A DNA stretch of 64,000 nt from Arenicellales bacterium (GCA_963457535.1 OY734803.1:1108977-1172976); one strand, 5' to 3'; shown: positions 20,486 to 29,989, numbered from the stretch's first letter. A program made the numbers and translations. Notes: a model not told the origin generated them from the sequence alone.

Positions 20486-21031
20486 GTGAATTCGGGCATG
20501 CAGTATATTATTTTTGGCGGCGCGCCGCCCGGCATAAAAGTGTTCTCCGAAGTTTCCACCGAATCCGACATTCACGCGGTCGCCGCCCTGGCGAACGAGA
20601 TTTGGCGCGAACACTACGAGCCGATCATCGGGCTGGCGCAGGTGGAATATATGCTGGAAAAATTCCAGTCGGCGGCGGCGATCGCGGCGCAGATTGCGGA
20701 GGAGGGGTTTTGCTATTACCTGATTCGCGCGGAGGGTCAGGGGGACATCGGCTATCTCGGCTTTCAGTGCGAGGGGGCGGTGATGTTTCTCAGCAAACTC
20801 TATGTGAAGAAATCGGCGCGCGGTCAAGGGGTTGGGGCGCGCGCGGTGGGGTTTTTGCGGGGGCTTGCGGGGGCGCAGGGAATGCAGAAAATTCGGCTGA
20901 CGGTGAATAAAGGGAATGCGCTTGCGATTGCCGCTTATGAGCGCGCGGGCTTTACTCGCACCGGGGAAGTGGTCATTGATATTGGGGGCGGGTATGTGAT
21001 GGATGATTTTGTGTTTGAGGTGGGGGTTTAG
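20486..21031 (+). CDS. GNAT-family N-acetyltransferase
   Basis: LYVKKSARGQGVGARAV (Q/RxxGxG/A acetyl-CoA motif) and AIAAYERAGF. The exact start is uncertain (alternative Met at MQYIIF). Confidence 0.75.
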   Translation: MNSGMQYIIFGGAPPGIKVFSEVSTESDIHAVAALANEIWREHYEPIIGLAQVEYMLEKFQSAAAIAAQIAEEGFCYYLIRAEGQGDIGYLGFQCEGAVMFLSKLYVKKSARGQGVGARAVGFLRGLAGAQGMQKIRLTVNKGNALAIAAYERAGFTRTGEVVIDIGGGYVMDDFVFEVGV

Positions 21032-21053
21032 GGGGATGGGGTATAATGGGGGT

Positions 21054-22556
21054 ATGAGTGCTGATGCAGACAAGGCGCGGGCGGCCGCGCGCGTGGAAAC
21101 CGTCAAAGCATTTATCGACTGGGCGGAAAAGCGCGGGGGGCGGTCGTTGCTCTACCGGGGACTTGCTGATGCCAACTGGGAGGTGGAATCCGCGGCATAT
21201 CGACGAATCAAAAAGCCGAGCGGGGCGAAACTCATCCCCCAGGAAATTCCCGGAGTGTTCAAAAACTACATCTCGCAATTGCTTGAAAAATCAAGTATGC
21301 GCGATTTTCGAATGCACGAAGGCAATGAACTGCCCGATCTTAAGTTGCTGGCGCGATTGCAGCACTACGGTGCGGCAACTTGCTTGATCGACTTCACTCA
21401 GAATCCTTTGGTGGCACTGTGGTTCGCTTGCCAAGAGCAACCGAAAAAAGACGGGAAAGTAATTGTCATGGATACAGGTGCGGATGTAACTATCCCGAAT
21501 CTGAGCAAGGTCGCGCAACGGGAGAGTGCATTTCACAAAGTCGGCCCGGAGCAACTCGCACTCAAAGAAGGCGAAATTGTAAAACTCCTCGGCGGTGAAA
21601 ATCTGTGGATATGGGAGCCAACTCCCCGGGAAAGCCGAGTCATCGCCCAACAGTCAATCTTTGTTTTTGGGCCGGCAATGATCGAGGAGCATGCAATGCT
21701 TGAAGAGCATTATGGGGAAGTTCGCATACCTGAATCTGCGAAAGAAAAAATCCTCCATGCACTGGACAAAAAGTTTGGGATAAATGAAGCGAGTTTGTTC
21801 GGCGATTTCGCCGGCTTTGCGCTCGCCAACGCGCATGACAAATCCTATGAAGAACACAGTGCGGATGACTACTTTGAGTTCGCTGAGTCATTTTTTCAAA
21901 GAGAAGACGCAAAAAAAGCAATACGCTATTGCGATAAAGCGATTGCGAAAAATAAGCGGCATGTCGGCGCGCACTATCTGCGCGGATTGTGCAATCGCCG
22001 TCTGGGGGAAATGCAGGAAAGCGTCAAAGATTTCTCACAAGCTCTTGAAGCCGATCCCGCGCATATGCCCTCTCTTTGGGAGCGCGCCTGGATGTATCTG
22101 ACCGCACTGAACAGAGCAGAAGACGCACTGGATGACTACAACACAATCATTGAGATTGCGTCAAACAACAAGCACAAGTACTACGACCGGCTGGCTCATG
22201 CATATAAGCGTCGCGGATATGCATACATGAATCTGAAAGGGTATCAGAATGCAGAAGATGACTTCACGAAAATTATTGAACTTTTTTCAAGCAGTGGGCG
22301 CAAAATTCGCCCTTGGCTGTTCGTATCCGCATATCAGGACCGTGGGCGCGTGCGGGCAGTTCGGGGAAATCATCAAGGCGCCATTGAAGATTTTACTTTC
22401 GCAATCCAGAGACACCCTGGACCTATCCTCTTTCGTGACAGGGCAAAAAGTTACCGTGCGCTGGGAGACGAAAGTGCTGCAAAGGCTGACGAAAGCAAGG
22501 CGGAAAGTATTATAGAAAGTGTCCGCCGACATCACGAGCGGTCGCGCGGTGCATAA
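21054..22556 (+). CDS. FRG-domain protein with C-terminal TPR repeats
   Basis: LLYRGLADANWEVESAAYRR and ARLQHYGAATCLIDFTQNPLVALWFA match the FRG signature as I remember it. The C-terminal ~230 aa shows TPR-like periodicity (AIRYCDKAIAKN..., AHAYKRRGYAYMNLKGYQNAEDDF...). Start placed at the Met following a TATAAT box. Low GC. Confidence 0.7.
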   Translation: MSADADKARAAARVETVKAFIDWAEKRGGRSLLYRGLADANWEVESAAYRRIKKPSGAKLIPQEIPGVFKNYISQLLEKSSMRDFRMHEGNELPDLKLLARLQHYGAATCLIDFTQNPLVALWFACQEQPKKDGKVIVMDTGADVTIPNLSKVAQRESAFHKVGPEQLALKEGEIVKLLGGENLWIWEPTPRESRVIAQQSIFVFGPAMIEEHAMLEEHYGEVRIPESAKEKILHALDKKFGINEASLFGDFAGFALANAHDKSYEEHSADDYFEFAESFFQREDAKKAIRYCDKAIAKNKRHVGAHYLRGLCNRRLGEMQESVKDFSQALEADPAHMPSLWERAWMYLTALNRAEDALDDYNTIIEIASNNKHKYYDRLAHAYKRRGYAYMNLKGYQNAEDDFTKIIELFSSSGRKIRPWLFVSAYQDRGRVRAVRGNHQGAIEDFTFAIQRHPGPILFRDRAKSYRALGDESAAKADESKAESIIESVRRHHERSRGA

Positions 22557-22586
22557 CTGCGCACTTTTACGGGCTATAATCGCGCG

Positions 22587-23927
22587 ATGAGCGTGAAGCC
22601 CAACACTTTGTTCACCGGCGACAATCTCTACATCCTCGCCGGCATGGACAGCGAGAGCGTGGATTTGATTTATCTGGATCCGCCGTTCAACAGCAAGCGG
22701 CTCTACAAGGCGCCCATCGGCAGCAAGGCGGCCGGCGCGGCGTTCAAGGACATGTGGAGTTGGGACGATGTGGATCAGGCGCGGCTGGAGTCGCTGCTGG
22801 AAGAGTACCCGTCGCTTTTTTATTTGGTGAGTTTCACCGGGCTTTCGCATTCCAAGGGAATGGCCGCGTATCTCCTCTACATGGCGCAGCGGCTGGTGGA
22901 GATGAAGCGTGTGCTGAAGCCGACCGGGTCGGTTTACCTGCACTGCGACCCGACCGCGTCGCATTACTTAAAGGCGCTGATGGACATGATTTTCGGCAAG
23001 GCGCAGTTTCTCAATGAAATCGTCTGGTATTACCCGGGCGGACTCAAGCGCGCCGGCAAGCAGTTTCCCCGCGAGCATGACATCGTGCTGTTTTATTCGC
23101 GCACGAGCGACCGCAGCCGCGTGTTTAACCTGCAGCGCCGCGAAGTTACGCGCGATGTCGCCTTGTGGCAGCGCTGGGGAAAATACAGCAGCGACAACCA
23201 AACCGTAAAGTTTGGTGAAATTCCGGTCACCGACAAGGTGAACCGGGAGCGCCAAATTAAAAAGTTTGCCAACAAACACGGCCGGCAGCCGAAAGATACG
23301 GACGTCGCATACACGCTTGAAGGCGCGATTGTGGAAAGCGTGTGGGACGACTGCCCGGCGGTGTACCGCAGCAGCGAGCGCACCGGCTACCCGACGCAAA
23401 AACCGCTCTCGCTGCTGGACCGAATTATTGAGGCATCCAGCAATCCCGGCGACGTGGTCTTTGACCCGTTCTGCGGCTGCGCGACCACATGCGTCTCCGC
23501 GCAAAACTTGCGCCGCAAATGGATCGGCATTGACATCAGCGAAGTCGCGGCCACGCTGGTTGCCGAGCGGCTGGCGGACGCGCACGGGAAAATCTTCACC
23601 AACTTCACGCACCGCAGTGATGTGCCGGTGCGGACCGACATTAAACTGGTGGACCTCAGCGTCCCCAAAACCAAAACGGCGATCAAAAAGCGGCTTTACA
23701 AAGAGCAGAAAGGCATTTGCAACGGCTGCCTGGTCGCGTTTGAAGCGCGCAATCTGGATATTGACCACATCATCCCCGAATCAAAGGGAGGCCCGAGCCA
23801 CTACGACAACTACCAACTGCTGTGCGGAAACTGCAACAGCATCAAGGGCAACCGCCCGATGGAATATTTGCGCGCCAAAATCAAGGCGCGCAACGACGCG
23901 CTGGACATGCAGGTCAGTTTCGGCTGA
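22587..23927 (+). CDS. beta-class DNA methyltransferase fused to a C-terminal HNH nuclease
   Basis: Motif IV LIYLDPPFN, motif I DPFCGCATTCVSA, then C-terminal CNGC...DIDHIIPESKGGPSHYDNYQLLCGNCNSIKGN (CxxC...H-N-H...CxxC). Confidence 0.8.
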   Translation: MSVKPNTLFTGDNLYILAGMDSESVDLIYLDPPFNSKRLYKAPIGSKAAGAAFKDMWSWDDVDQARLESLLEEYPSLFYLVSFTGLSHSKGMAAYLLYMAQRLVEMKRVLKPTGSVYLHCDPTASHYLKALMDMIFGKAQFLNEIVWYYPGGLKRAGKQFPREHDIVLFYSRTSDRSRVFNLQRREVTRDVALWQRWGKYSSDNQTVKFGEIPVTDKVNRERQIKKFANKHGRQPKDTDVAYTLEGAIVESVWDDCPAVYRSSERTGYPTQKPLSLLDRIIEASSNPGDVVFDPFCGCATTCVSAQNLRRKWIGIDISEVAATLVAERLADAHGKIFTNFTHRSDVPVRTDIKLVDLSVPKTKTAIKKRLYKEQKGICNGCLVAFEARNLDIDHIIPESKGGPSHYDNYQLLCGNCNSIKGNRPMEYLRAKIKARNDALDMQVSFG

Positions 23928-23947
23928 CGGCGGCGGGCTTGTCCGCA

Positions 23948-25459
23948 TCACCCGCCTTTCCACCCCTCCCGCAACTCCCGCTTCAAAATCTTCCCGGCCG
24001 CATTGCGCGGGAATTCTTCCAGCACCACGGCCGCGCTGAGGCGCTGAAACTTTGCGTCCACGCGCGCGTTTACCCATTCCACCAATTCTTCGCCGGACAA
24101 TTCGCCGCTGCAGGTCACCGCGGCGACCGGGGTTTCGCCCCATTTTGCGTCGGGCACGCCGAAGACCGCGACTTCGGTTACGCGCGGGTGGCGGATGGCG
24201 ACTTCTTCTATGTCGCGCGGGTAGACATTGGCGCCGCCGCTGATGATCATGTCTTTTTTGCGGTCCACCAAAAATACGAAACCGTCTTCGTCCATGTAGC
24301 CGAGGTCGCCGGAATGCAGCCAGTTGCCGCGCATGGCCTCGGCGGTCATGTCCGGGCGGCCGTGGTAGCCGGGCATCAGCAGGGGGCCGCGGCCGCAGAT
24401 TTCGCCGATTTCGCCGGGGGCGCAAGTCGCGCCGGACTCATTAAGGATGCGCACTTCGGTGAACGCGGCGGCCGCGCCGACCGAATCGGGTTTGCGCGCC
24501 GCGTCGTGTTTGTCCAGCACGGTCATGAAACCCTCGGTGACGCCGTAGAGTTCGTAAAACCTGCCGGGCAAAAGTTTGTGAATGCGCTGTTTGTGCGCGC
24601 TGTGCAGCGGCGCGCCGACGCTGCCGAGCATTTCCAATGAGGAAAGTTTTTCCGGCGAAAAATCCGGGCTGTCCAAAATGGCGATGATCTGCGCCGGCAC
24701 CAGCATTACATGGGTGACGCGGCGCGATTCAATTTCCTTTATGAAATGCGCCGCGTCAAAACCGGCGTGCAAAATGTATTTGCAGCCGAGATACATCCAC
24801 GGCATCACCGTGAGCATCGCGCCGTTGAAGACCAGCGAGCCGGCGTGCAGCGCGACGCTTTCCGGCGTCATGCGCCAGGCGCCGGCGAACAGCGCGCAAT
24901 ACATCGCGCGAATGTAGTGCGTATGCACGATTCCCTTGGGCGCGCCGGTGGTGCCGCTGGAATACATGATGTTGTATTCGTCATCGCCGCTGATGTCGGC
25001 GCGCGGCGCGTCGGTTGCGGCGTTCGCGGTTAATTGCGCGTAACTTTTAAATCCCGCAACTTTTTCTTTTCCGACCAAAACAAAATGCTCCACCTGCAAC
25101 TCCGCGCGGATTTCATTCAGCGCGTTTGCCTGCGCAGCATCGGCGATGACCATTATGCTGCCGGAATCCTGCAGCAGGGTTTTTATTCCGCCGGGCCGCA
25201 GCAGCGGACTGCACGGCACCACCACGATGCCGCTTGCCGCGGCGGCCCAATACGCGGCGAGGAGTTCAAAACAATTCGGCAACACGGTCGCGACCTTGTC
25301 GCCTTTTTTCAGACCGCAATCCAGCCAGGCGTTGGCGAGTTTGCTTACCTCGGCATGCAGTTGCGCGAAAGTGCAGGCGCGCCCGTCGCAGATCAGCGCC
25401 TCGCGCTGCGGGCGAATGCGCGCGTGGTCGGCGAGCAGGCGGGAAATGGTCGGGAGCAT
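23948..25459 (-). CDS. AMP-dependent acyl-CoA synthetase/ligase
   Basis: YSSGTTGAPKG AMP-binding motif, GDLGYMDEDGF, ISGGANVYPRDIE. Confidence 0.85.
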   Translation of the reverse strand: MLPTISRLLADHARIRPQREALICDGRACTFAQLHAEVSKLANAWLDCGLKKGDKVATVLPNCFELLAAYWAAAASGIVVVPCSPLLRPGGIKTLLQDSGSIMVIADAAQANALNEIRAELQVEHFVLVGKEKVAGFKSYAQLTANAATDAPRADISGDDEYNIMYSSGTTGAPKGIVHTHYIRAMYCALFAGAWRMTPESVALHAGSLVFNGAMLTVMPWMYLGCKYILHAGFDAAHFIKEIESRRVTHVMLVPAQIIAILDSPDFSPEKLSSLEMLGSVGAPLHSAHKQRIHKLLPGRFYELYGVTEGFMTVLDKHDAARKPDSVGAAAAFTEVRILNESGATCAPGEIGEICGRGPLLMPGYHGRPDMTAEAMRGNWLHSGDLGYMDEDGFVFLVDRKKDMIISGGANVYPRDIEEVAIRHPRVTEVAVFGVPDAKWGETPVAAVTCSGELSGEELVEWVNARVDAKFQRLSAAVVLEEFPRNAAGKILKRELREGWKGG

Positions 25460-25476
25460 TTACAGATTGTATGGAT

Positions 25477-27549
25477 TTACGCGCGACTCGCCGCCTTGCG
25501 ATTCTTTGCCGGGGTTTTTGCGGCGATTTTTTGCGCCCCGGTTTCTGCGGGAAGTTCGGGCCGGCCGGTCGCGGTCGCCACCACGGTCGCGCTGACAAAG
25601 AGTTCGCCGTCAATGTCGTGGCGCACATGGTTGTCGTCGCTGTGCACATGCGTTTTCACCGAACTCGCGCCGGCCGACTTCGCCAATTCCCCGGCTTCGC
25701 GCTCGGCGATTTCGCGCGCGGTTTTCATGGCCTTTTCCAGTTTTTCAAAAACCATCGGCGACTCGCCGTGGAACAAATAGAACACGCCGAATTGCGGCTG
25801 CGTTACGGTGACGCGCGCGGTTTGCACGATTGCGCCGAGCGCGGCGCCGACCGCGTTGGCGACTTCGGCGTGCGGCGGCAAATGCAGTTGCACGCGCAGC
25901 GACTTCGCCACTTGCGGAAAATAATCGCCGGCGGGTCCGCCGACCGCGACCAATGGAAAGTCGGCGTCAAAATTCAATTGAAACAGCGGCTCCAATCCGC
26001 GCGCGCGGCGCAGCGCGATTTCGGCGAGGAGTTGCGTCAGGTTGCGCGCCGCGGCGTCGGCGAGCACGCCGTGGCGGTTGAGCGCGGCCTCAATGATCTT
26101 GCCGCTGATTTCGCGCGCGACCAAATCAAACACCTCGCGGCACGGCGCGGCCGCGTCTCCGGCCGGCCAGTCGCCGCAGCCGTAAAGATGCCGCATTTGC
26201 CGCGCCCAAATTTCCGCGCCGAGTTCCGCGCCGCGCGCGTTCCAGTGCGCGCTTAAGCCCAAAACATGCGTGGCGTCCGACGGCGTGAAGCCGCTGTAAA
26301 TCACCAGCCCCATGCGCTCCATTTTTGCGAGCGCGCGCAAAAGTTCGCGGTCGTCTTCGCGCAGCGGTTCCAGTTCAATCGGGCCATCCGCCAACTTTTC
26401 CCATGCGGCATGTTCATGCGCTTCCAGTTGCCGCAGCAGCGCCTCGTTTTTTTGCAGGCGCAACGCGAAACGGTTGTTGCGCGGATTCGGCGCGGCGCGC
26501 AGTTGGTGTTCCAGTTTCGGCAGGACTTGCGGGAATTGGTGCGCGAGCAGACTCATCGGCACCACGCGCCGGCCGGAAAGCGCCAACTTGCCGCGAAAGC
26601 GCACTTCGCTGTCGCCGCCGAGGCCGGCCGAGAACACGCGAATCGCTTCTATCATCGGCTGCCACTCGCCGATGCGCGCGCCGTCGGCGCACAATTCCGG
26701 GCGGCCGTCGCGGACGATGGCGATGTCGGTGGTGGTGCCGCCGATGTCCACCACGATTGCGTTGCGTTTTTCCGAGAGCGCGCACGCGCCGGTTACGCTT
26801 GCGGCCGGCCCCGACAACACCGTCGCGAGCGGCTGGCGCAACGCGGTGCGCGCGTTTACCAGCGAGCCGTCTCCCTTCACTATCATCAGCGGCGCGCGCA
26901 CACCGTGCCGGCGCAGCGTTTCTTCCAGCGCTTTTATCAACTCGGTGATGTAGGGGATCATGCGCGCGTTCAGCGCGGCGGTCAGCGCGCGGCGCGGCGC
27001 GCCGAGCGCGGTGGCGAGTTCGTGGCCGCACGCGACCGGCTTGCCGCAGGTTTTGGAAATTAATTCGCGCAGTGCATTTTCATGCGCGTTGTTGCGCGTG
27101 GCGAAAAGTCCGGAGACCGCGAACGCCGAGACTTTTTCATTTTGCGCGGCGATTTTTTCTTTTGCGTATGCAATGTCCAATGGCGCGAGTTCGCGGCCGA
27201 GCGCGTCGTGGCCGCCGGCGAGCGGAATTAATGCGTCCGCCGGCAGAATTTCGCGCAGGCCGCTTTTTGCGATTTGCTGCTCGTTGTAGCCCGGCAGCAA
27301 TATTGCGACCGGCGCGCCGCGCCCCTCCACCACCGAGTTGGTGGACAGGGTGGTGGAAAGCGCAGCCAATTCCACTTCGCCGAGCAACTCGCGCGGCAGC
27401 CCGCCGAGCGCGCCGCCGATGCCGACCGAGAGGTCGTAACCGGTGGTCAAGCTTTTGTGCTTGGCGAGCACCTCGCGCCCGCCTTCCAAAATCACGGCGT
27501 CGGTGTAGGTGCCGCCGGTGTCAATTCCGAGTTGAAGCGGCATCGGCAT
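25477..27549 (-). CDS. hydantoinase/oxoprolinase (HyuA-like) family protein
   Basis: N-terminal LGIDTGGTYTDAV and internal VDIGGTTTDIA ASKHA phosphate-binding motifs, about 690 aa. Confidence 0.7.
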   Translation of the reverse strand: MPMPLQLGIDTGGTYTDAVILEGGREVLAKHKSLTTGYDLSVGIGGALGGLPRELLGEVELAALSTTLSTNSVVEGRGAPVAILLPGYNEQQIAKSGLREILPADALIPLAGGHDALGRELAPLDIAYAKEKIAAQNEKVSAFAVSGLFATRNNAHENALRELISKTCGKPVACGHELATALGAPRRALTAALNARMIPYITELIKALEETLRRHGVRAPLMIVKGDGSLVNARTALRQPLATVLSGPAASVTGACALSEKRNAIVVDIGGTTTDIAIVRDGRPELCADGARIGEWQPMIEAIRVFSAGLGGDSEVRFRGKLALSGRRVVPMSLLAHQFPQVLPKLEHQLRAAPNPRNNRFALRLQKNEALLRQLEAHEHAAWEKLADGPIELEPLREDDRELLRALAKMERMGLVIYSGFTPSDATHVLGLSAHWNARGAELGAEIWARQMRHLYGCGDWPAGDAAAPCREVFDLVAREISGKIIEAALNRHGVLADAAARNLTQLLAEIALRRARGLEPLFQLNFDADFPLVAVGGPAGDYFPQVAKSLRVQLHLPPHAEVANAVGAALGAIVQTARVTVTQPQFGVFYLFHGESPMVFEKLEKAMKTAREIAEREAGELAKSAGASSVKTHVHSDDNHVRHDIDGELFVSATVVATATGRPELPAETGAQKIAAKTPAKNRKAASRA

Positions 27550-27609
27550 GGGATAAGTTTTTGCCCGCGCGGATTATACAAACCGCGCCGCCCGACATTT
27601 CCGGGCGGC

Positions 27610-27638
27610 TTGACATCGCCGCCGCATTTCCCTATGAT
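27610..27638 (+). promoter_or_regulatory. candidate sigma70 promoter of the glutaminase gene
   Basis: TTGACA (27610-27615), 17-nt spacer, TATGAT (27633-27638), 35 nt upstream of the ATG. Confidence 0.55.
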
Positions 27639-27673
27639 TTCGCGTCCGTCCCCACCCAACCCGGCACATATTA

Positions 27674-29287
27674 ATGAGCGCCAAAAAAACCACCACGAAA
27701 AATTCCCCGGCGGCATCTTCCGCAAAAAGCGCGGCCTCCGCGAAATCCAAAGATCCGCAGGAGCAGATTTACCAGCGGATTTTTTCCTACATGGACCTGG
27801 ACATGAACGGCCTGGTCAGCGTGGAGGAAATCCACAACACGCTGGCGGCGCGCGGCTACACGCCCGACAACCAGCGCGTCCGCGAGTTCTGCGAAAAACT
27901 CAAGGGCCTGAAGAAGGACAAAATTGATCTGCCCACTTTCAAGGAGATCGCCCGCAACCACATCATCTTGCTGGAGAAGGCGCTTTCCGGCGGGCTGGTC
28001 ATTCCCGACTTTCAGAAGTTCACCGAACAACTGGAAACAATGTTCGCCGAGGCGGCGAAAAACGACGGCGGGCAGGTCGCCGATTACATTCCGCAACTGG
28101 CGAAAGTTCCGCCGAAGAGTTTCGCGCTGTCGGTGTGCACCGTGGACGGGCAGCGCTGGTCCATCGGCGAGAACGGGGAATTTTTCAGCATTCAATCCAC
28201 CTCCAAGCCGTTCAGTTACTGCATCGCGCTGGAGGCGCACGGGCGCGACAAGGTGCACAAACATGTCGGGCGCGAGCCGAGCGGGCAGCGCTTCAATGAA
28301 ATCGTGCTGAACCGCAACGGCAACCCGCACAACCCGATGATCAACGCCGGCGCCATCGTCACCTCGTCGCTGGTGCGCCCGGAGTTGCCGCCGGCCGAGC
28401 GGTTTGATTTCTTCATCGGCGTGATACAGAAATTGTGCGGCGAAACCGGCGAGCCGGTGTTCAACAACGCGGTCTATCTTTCCGAGAAAGAAACCGCCGA
28501 TCGCAACTACGCGCTCGCGTATTTCATGCGCGAGAACAAGTCCTTTCCGAAGAACTTTGAACTGCAGGAGACCATGGACTTTTACATGCAGTGCTGCAGC
28601 GTGGAAATGAGTTCGGAAATGATGGCGACCGCGGCGGCGACGCTGGCGTTCGCCGGCATCTGCCCGACCACCGGCGAGCGCGTGTTCTCCTCGGGCGCGG
28701 TTAAGGACTGCCTTTCCATGATGTCCTCGTGCGGCATGTATGACTACTCCGGCGAATTCGCCTTTCGCGTCGGCATGCCGGCGAAATCCGGGGTCGGCGG
28801 CTGCGTCATCATCGTGGTGCCGAATCTTCTCGGCATGTGCATTTGGTCGCCGCCGCTGGACGAATACGGCAACTCGGTGCGCGGCGTGCAGATCTGCCAG
28901 GAGTTGGTGAACACCTACAACTTCCACACCTACGACTCGCTGATCAAAACCAGTTCCAAAAAGACCGACCCGCGCATGCGGCAGACTTCGTCGCAGGCGC
29001 AGAACATTTGGACCATGATCTGGGCGGCGTCGCAGGGCGACTTGGACGAGATTCGCCGCCTGGAGGCGCTCGGCGTGGACATCAACGAAGGCGACTATGA
29101 CGGGCGCACGCCGCTGCATTTGGCGGTCGCCGAGGGGCAGGCCGCGGCGGTGCAGCATTTCGTCTCGCGCGGCGCGCATGTGGATGTCAAGGACCGCTGG
29201 GGCGAGACGCCGATGCAGGAGGCGAAGCGGCAAAAGCGCGACGACATTATCAAGACGCTGAGCGGCGGCAAAAAAAGCGGCGGTTAA
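27674..29287 (+). CDS. kidney-type (GLS-like) glutaminase with N-terminal EF-hand-like bundle and C-terminal ankyrin repeats
   Basis: VIPDF...GGQVADYIPQLAK...SVCTVDGQR...REPSGQRFN...NPHNPMINAGAI...MPAKSGVGG, and a C-terminal GRTPLHLAVAEGQ...KDRWGETPMQEA ankyrin region. It is collinear with my recollection of human GLS over the whole length. Confidence 0.85.
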   Translation: MSAKKTTTKNSPAASSAKSAASAKSKDPQEQIYQRIFSYMDLDMNGLVSVEEIHNTLAARGYTPDNQRVREFCEKLKGLKKDKIDLPTFKEIARNHIILLEKALSGGLVIPDFQKFTEQLETMFAEAAKNDGGQVADYIPQLAKVPPKSFALSVCTVDGQRWSIGENGEFFSIQSTSKPFSYCIALEAHGRDKVHKHVGREPSGQRFNEIVLNRNGNPHNPMINAGAIVTSSLVRPELPPAERFDFFIGVIQKLCGETGEPVFNNAVYLSEKETADRNYALAYFMRENKSFPKNFELQETMDFYMQCCSVEMSSEMMATAAATLAFAGICPTTGERVFSSGAVKDCLSMMSSCGMYDYSGEFAFRVGMPAKSGVGGCVIIVVPNLLGMCIWSPPLDEYGNSVRGVQICQELVNTYNFHTYDSLIKTSSKKTDPRMRQTSSQAQNIWTMIWAASQGDLDEIRRLEALGVDINEGDYDGRTPLHLAVAEGQAAAVQHFVSRGAHVDVKDRWGETPMQEAKRQKRDDIIKTLSGGKKSGG

Positions 29288-29964
29288 TCGGCCGCGGGGG
29301 CCGCCACAAACGCGCGCATGTGAAAGGCCGCGTGCGGCGGCGCGTAGCGGTATGCGGAATGCGGGCATGCGCGGCGCGCTAGGCAGCCGCCGCGCATGCA
29401 GTCGGAGGCGCTTGATTCGCGCAAATAATTGAAGCAGGCGCGCGCGTCGTATTCGCGGCCGGTGAAAGCCGAAACCGGGCAGGCGCGCAGGCATGGTTTT
29501 TCCGCGCAATTGGCGCAGATGTCGGTTTTTAATTTCGCGGCGGATTGCGCCGGCGCATGCGCAAAAATCAGCGCGAAACGATAGGCGTGCCACAGCCCGA
29601 ACTCCGGGTGAATCAGCATGCCGAGCGCCGAGTTTTGCAGTCCGGCGCGTTTGCCCCAGCGGACGAACGGGCGGTGCGGCAGGCCGAACGGGAACACCGC
29701 GCGCGCGGAAAATTGCGCGGCCAATTCTTCGCCGATGCGCGCGCTCCAGCGGTTCAGCGGGTCGGGGTTGCCGTCGGCGAATTCGGGCGAGTCGCGGAAT
29801 GCGGGCCACATTTCGGAGCCGGCGTTGCCGATTAGGAACAAATGCGCGGCCGGTTTTTCACGGACTTTCGGGATTTCTTCGCGGGCATTTTCAGTCACGG
29901 CGAAATCGCCGAGGATGCGGAGTCCGTGGGGGCGGGTGGCGGAATGGAGTTTTTCGCGGGTCAT
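29284..29964 (-). CDS. 4Fe-4S cluster-binding protein (ferredoxin-like domain, QueG/RdhA-related)
   Basis: CANCAEKPCLRACP plus a downstream Cys-rich segment (CMRGGCLARRACP). The stop overlaps the convergent glutaminase stop. Confidence 0.5.
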   Translation of the reverse strand: MTREKLHSATRPHGLRILGDFAVTENAREEIPKVREKPAAHLFLIGNAGSEMWPAFRDSPEFADGNPDPLNRWSARIGEELAAQFSARAVFPFGLPHRPFVRWGKRAGLQNSALGMLIHPEFGLWHAYRFALIFAHAPAQSAAKLKTDICANCAEKPCLRACPVSAFTGREYDARACFNYLRESSASDCMRGGCLARRACPHSAYRYAPPHAAFHMRAFVAAPAAD

Positions 29965-29980
29965 TTGCGGCGGATTTTAA

Positions 29981-29989
29981 TGGTATTAT
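29981..29989 (+). promoter_or_regulatory. extended -10 element (TGgTATTAT) upstream of the orphan gene
   Basis: TGGTATTAT in an AT-rich divergent spacer, about 47 nt before the ATG at 30036. No convincing -35. Confidence 0.3.

Noticed and set aside
20486-21031. The GNAT gene as a TacT/AtaT-like acetyltransferase toxin of a TA pair.
   Set aside because: There is no small RHH/antitoxin ORF adjacent. GC content and codon usage look like the core genome, and the sequence looks like an ordinary housekeeping GNAT. It is only noted as possibly co-transcribed with the FRG gene.
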